A stretch of DNA of 64,000 bases from the human T2T-CHM13v2.0 reference genome, Homo sapiens. Both the position numbers and the translations under genes were made by a program. Location of the stretch: NCBI RefSeq assembly GCF_009914755.1, contig NC_060928.1, one strand, 5' to 3'. The notes below the pieces were generated by a model that was not told the origin of the DNA, made no database searches, and saw nothing but the letters and a program-made list of their open reading frames with translations. Positions within the stretch are counted from its first letter, which is position 1, and every line of letters begins with the position of its first letter. This document shows positions 57,950 through 64,000 of this stretch, piece after piece.

Positions 57950-59828
57950 GCTGCTTCAAGATTGTGACTACGGACATCTCATGCCCGTTCTCCTCAGAAG
58001 GAAGATCAAAATTACTGGTAAATCATCAAGTTTTGACAAGGAAACAGAGGGAACAGAGCCAGGACCTGTTGGAGTACCCACGTGAAGAAGATTGGGTGGA
58101 GAGAAAGAAAGCAGCAAAAGTCTGGTTGATAGCGACCGCTGAGGAACTCAGAGTCCAGCAGAAACTGTAGGTGGGAGTGTGTCTCTGCTCCCCTCACCCC
58201 TCTGACAACACACTGGCTGCTAAACAGCTGGGGAGCCCCTCAGCCCTTGCAAGCCAGGGCAACACTATCGGTGGCGATTAGAGGACTTCCTGAAAACAGA
58301 GAACTGGGTGAGCAGCTGACTTAGCCATGCTGCACCCACCTCTGATCCAAACTGAGATGGCAGTTGTCATACCAGTTGTGTACCTGTGGTGCCACTCCCC
58401 TTGCTTGTAGATCCTCTGCCCTTGAGCCACTGCACCACCACCCGCAGACATACTACACAACCTACTCTGACTTTGGCAAGTACATGACACCAGCAGATTC
58501 TCAGGGAGTTTGGGGTCTCCCACAGATTGAACACTTGGCACAAACTGCCCCTCAAGGAGGAGACAGAGCAGCCTGTCAAAGCCACCAATGGGAAACAGGA
58601 AATGTGGGTGCAGCACTAACCACTGAAGGGGGCAGCGCCAATGCCTCGGAACAAACGTGGAGAAGGGGGTCATCTCTCACCTTCTCATCTCGCCAAAGTG
58701 CATGATTGTGGACATGGCAGCAGTTCTTTCTGTTGGGGCCCAATGGCCCTTTCTGGGCTTCTCTGGTGGCTCGATGAAAGTGAACAGAGCCTAAATAAAT
58801 CTGCTGTATCTTACTCTTCGGCACCATCTACTGGACTGCAGCCTGAATTACACCGCCAAGCAAAAACTACAAAAAACAGCATCTGAGAAAGCCACCACAC
58901 AAACCTACCTGCAACCAAAAAACCCATATGGAGCTTTGGCCCCCTAAAAGCACCCAGAAAAGAAGCCAATCGAGCATACACAACATACATCACAGTTACA
59001 CCTTCAAGGGGAAAAAAAATAAGTCCCATCCAAATAAACACAAATCCAAAAAAAGAATTGTCAGCTCAGTCAGATGAGAAGGAATCAGTGAAAGAACTCT
59101 GGAAGTACAAAAAGCCAAGGTGCTTTGTCATCTCCAAAGGATCGTTCTAGCTCCCTAGCCATGGATCCTAAGCAGACTGAAATATCTAAAATGATACATA
59201 AAGAACTTGGAATATTGATGGCAAGGAAACTCCACAAGATCTGAGAGGAAGTTGAAATCCAATACAAAGAAGCCAGAAAAATGATCCAGGACATGAAAGA
59301 TGACATAATGATATTAACAAAGAACCAAACAGAACTTTTGGAATTAAAAAACTCACTATGGGAATTTCAAAATACAGTTGGAAGCCTTAACAACAAACTA
59401 GACAAAGCAGAAGAAGAATTTCAGAGCTCAAAGACTGGTCTTTTGAATTAACCCAGTCAGACAAAAATAAAGAGAAAGAATTTAAAAAAGCAAACAAGGC
59501 CTTCAAGAAATGTAAGATTATGTAAAGCAACCAAACCAATGAATTACTGGCATTCCTGAGAGAGAAAAACAGAAAGTAAGGAAACTGGAAAACATATTTC
59601 AGGGTATGATTCTGAAAAATTTCCCCAATCTTCCAAGAGAGGTTGATATGCAGACACAAGAAATTCAGAGAACACCAGTGAGATACTATATAAGATGACC
59701 ATCACCAAGGCACACAGTCATCAGACAATCCAGGGTCAATGTGAAAGAAACAATCTTAAAGGCAGCTAGAGAAAAGAACCAAATTGCCTCTTTTAAAGGG
59801 AATCCCATCAGACTCACAACGGATTTCT
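57950..59828 (+). mobile_element. L1PA13-16-like 5'UTR and partial ORF1
   Basis: GC-rich 5'UTR; ORF1 start atgagaaggaatcag; gaaaatttccccaatctt, gcagctagagaaaag. Confidence 0.65.
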
Positions 59829-60913
59829 TTCTTTTTTTTTTTTTTTATACTTTTAAGTTTTAGGGAACATGTGCACAACGTGCAGGTTTGTTACATATGT
59901 ATACATGTAACATGTTTGTGTGCTGCACCCATTAACTCGTCATTTACCTTAGGTATATCTCCTAATGCTATCCCTCCCCACTACCCCCACCCCACAACAG
60001 GCCCTGGTGTGTGATGTTCCCCTTCCTGTGTCCATGTGTTCTCATTGTTCAATTCCCACCTATGAGTGAGAACATGCAGTGTTTGGTTTTTGTCCTTGTG
60101 ATAGTTTGCTGAGAATGATGGTTTCCAGCTTCATCCATGCCCCTACAAAGGACATGAACTCGTCATTTTTGATGGCTGCATAGTATTCCATGGTGTATAT
60201 GTGCCACATATTCTTAATTCAGTCTATCATTGTTGGACATCTGGGTTGGTTCCAAGTCTTTGCTATTGTGAATAGTGCCGCAATAAACATACGTGTGCTT
60301 GTGTCTTTATAGCAGCATGTTATATAATCCTCTGGGTACATACCCAGTAATGGGATGGCTGGGTCAAATGGTATTTCTAGTTCTAGATCCCTGAGGAATC
60401 GCCACACTGACTTCCACAATGGTTGAACTACTTTACAGTCCCACCAACACTGTAAAAGTGTTCCTATTTCTCCACATCCTCTCCAGCACCTGTTGTTTCC
60501 TCACTTTTTAGTGATTGCCATTCTAACTGGTGTGAGATGGTATCTCATTGTGGTTTTGATTTGCATTTCTCTGATGGCCAGTGATGATGAGCATTTTTTC
60601 ATGTGTCTTTTGGCTGCAGAAATGTCTTCTTTTGAGAAGTGTCTGTTCATATCCTTCGCCCACTTTGTGATGGCGTTGTTCTTTTCTTGTAAATTTGAGT
60701 TCATTGTAGATTCTGGATATTAGGCCTTTGTCAGATGAGTAGGTTGCAAAAATTTTCTCCCATTCTGTAGGTTGCCTGTTCACTCTGATGGTAGTTTCTT
60801 TTGCTGTGCAGAAGCTCTTTATTTTAATTAGATCCCATTTGTCAATTTTGGCTTTTGTTGCCATTGCTTTTGGTGTTTTAGACATGAAGTCCTTGCCCAT
60901 GCCTATGTACTGA

Positions 60914-63747
<2,834 letters not shown>

Positions 63748-64000
63748 TTATTATTGTGTGAGAGTCTAAGTCTCTTTGTAGGTCTCTAAGGACTTGCTTT
63801 ATGAATCTGGGTGCTCCTGTATTGGATGCATATATATTTAGGATAGTTAGCTCTTCTTGTTGAATTGATCCCTTTACAATTATGTAATGGCCTTCTTTGT
63901 CTCTTTTGATCTTTGCTGGTTTAAAGTCTTTTATCAGAGACTAGGATTGCAACCCCTGCCTTTTTTTGTTTTCCATTTGCTTGGTAGCTCTTCCTCCATC

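Overview
Primate (almost certainly human) genomic DNA lying wholly inside the NEK1 (NIMA-related kinase 1) gene on the minus strand. Five internal coding exons were found by hand (45127-45258, 43156-43221, 42848-43076, 28970-29122, 3788-3964). All have AG/GT boundaries and compatible phases, and they splice into one open frame matching the NEK1 C-terminal regulatory region as I recall it (LVAKGVKSS...[15 protein letters not shown]...SLKLEGNLE). Most of the rest is nested transposable elements: a full-length L1PA with target-site duplications (TSDs) carrying a MER9 (HERV-K HML-3) solo LTR, other L1s of various ages, a near-complete Tigger1, Tigger2a/4/5 elements, an LTR-internal-LTR MLT1 element, THE1, and about 20 Alus. 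Almost all ORFs in the supplied track are L1, Alu or Tigger remnants or chance ORFs. I see no evidence for a new gene or biological system. The most interesting signals are small DNA-repair and retrotransposition scars: two short insertions copied from donors 2.4 and 3.6 kb away, two fold-back inversions, a duplication with a patchwork junction, and an orphan 58-nt poly(A)/TSD retro-insert. There is also an apparent NEK1 Glu->Gly allele, a 79-nt mini-intron, cryptic exon candidates, and an L1 arrangement that could drive exon deletion or circularisation. Repeat subfamily names are from recalled consensus sequences, and boundaries of old repeats are approximate.
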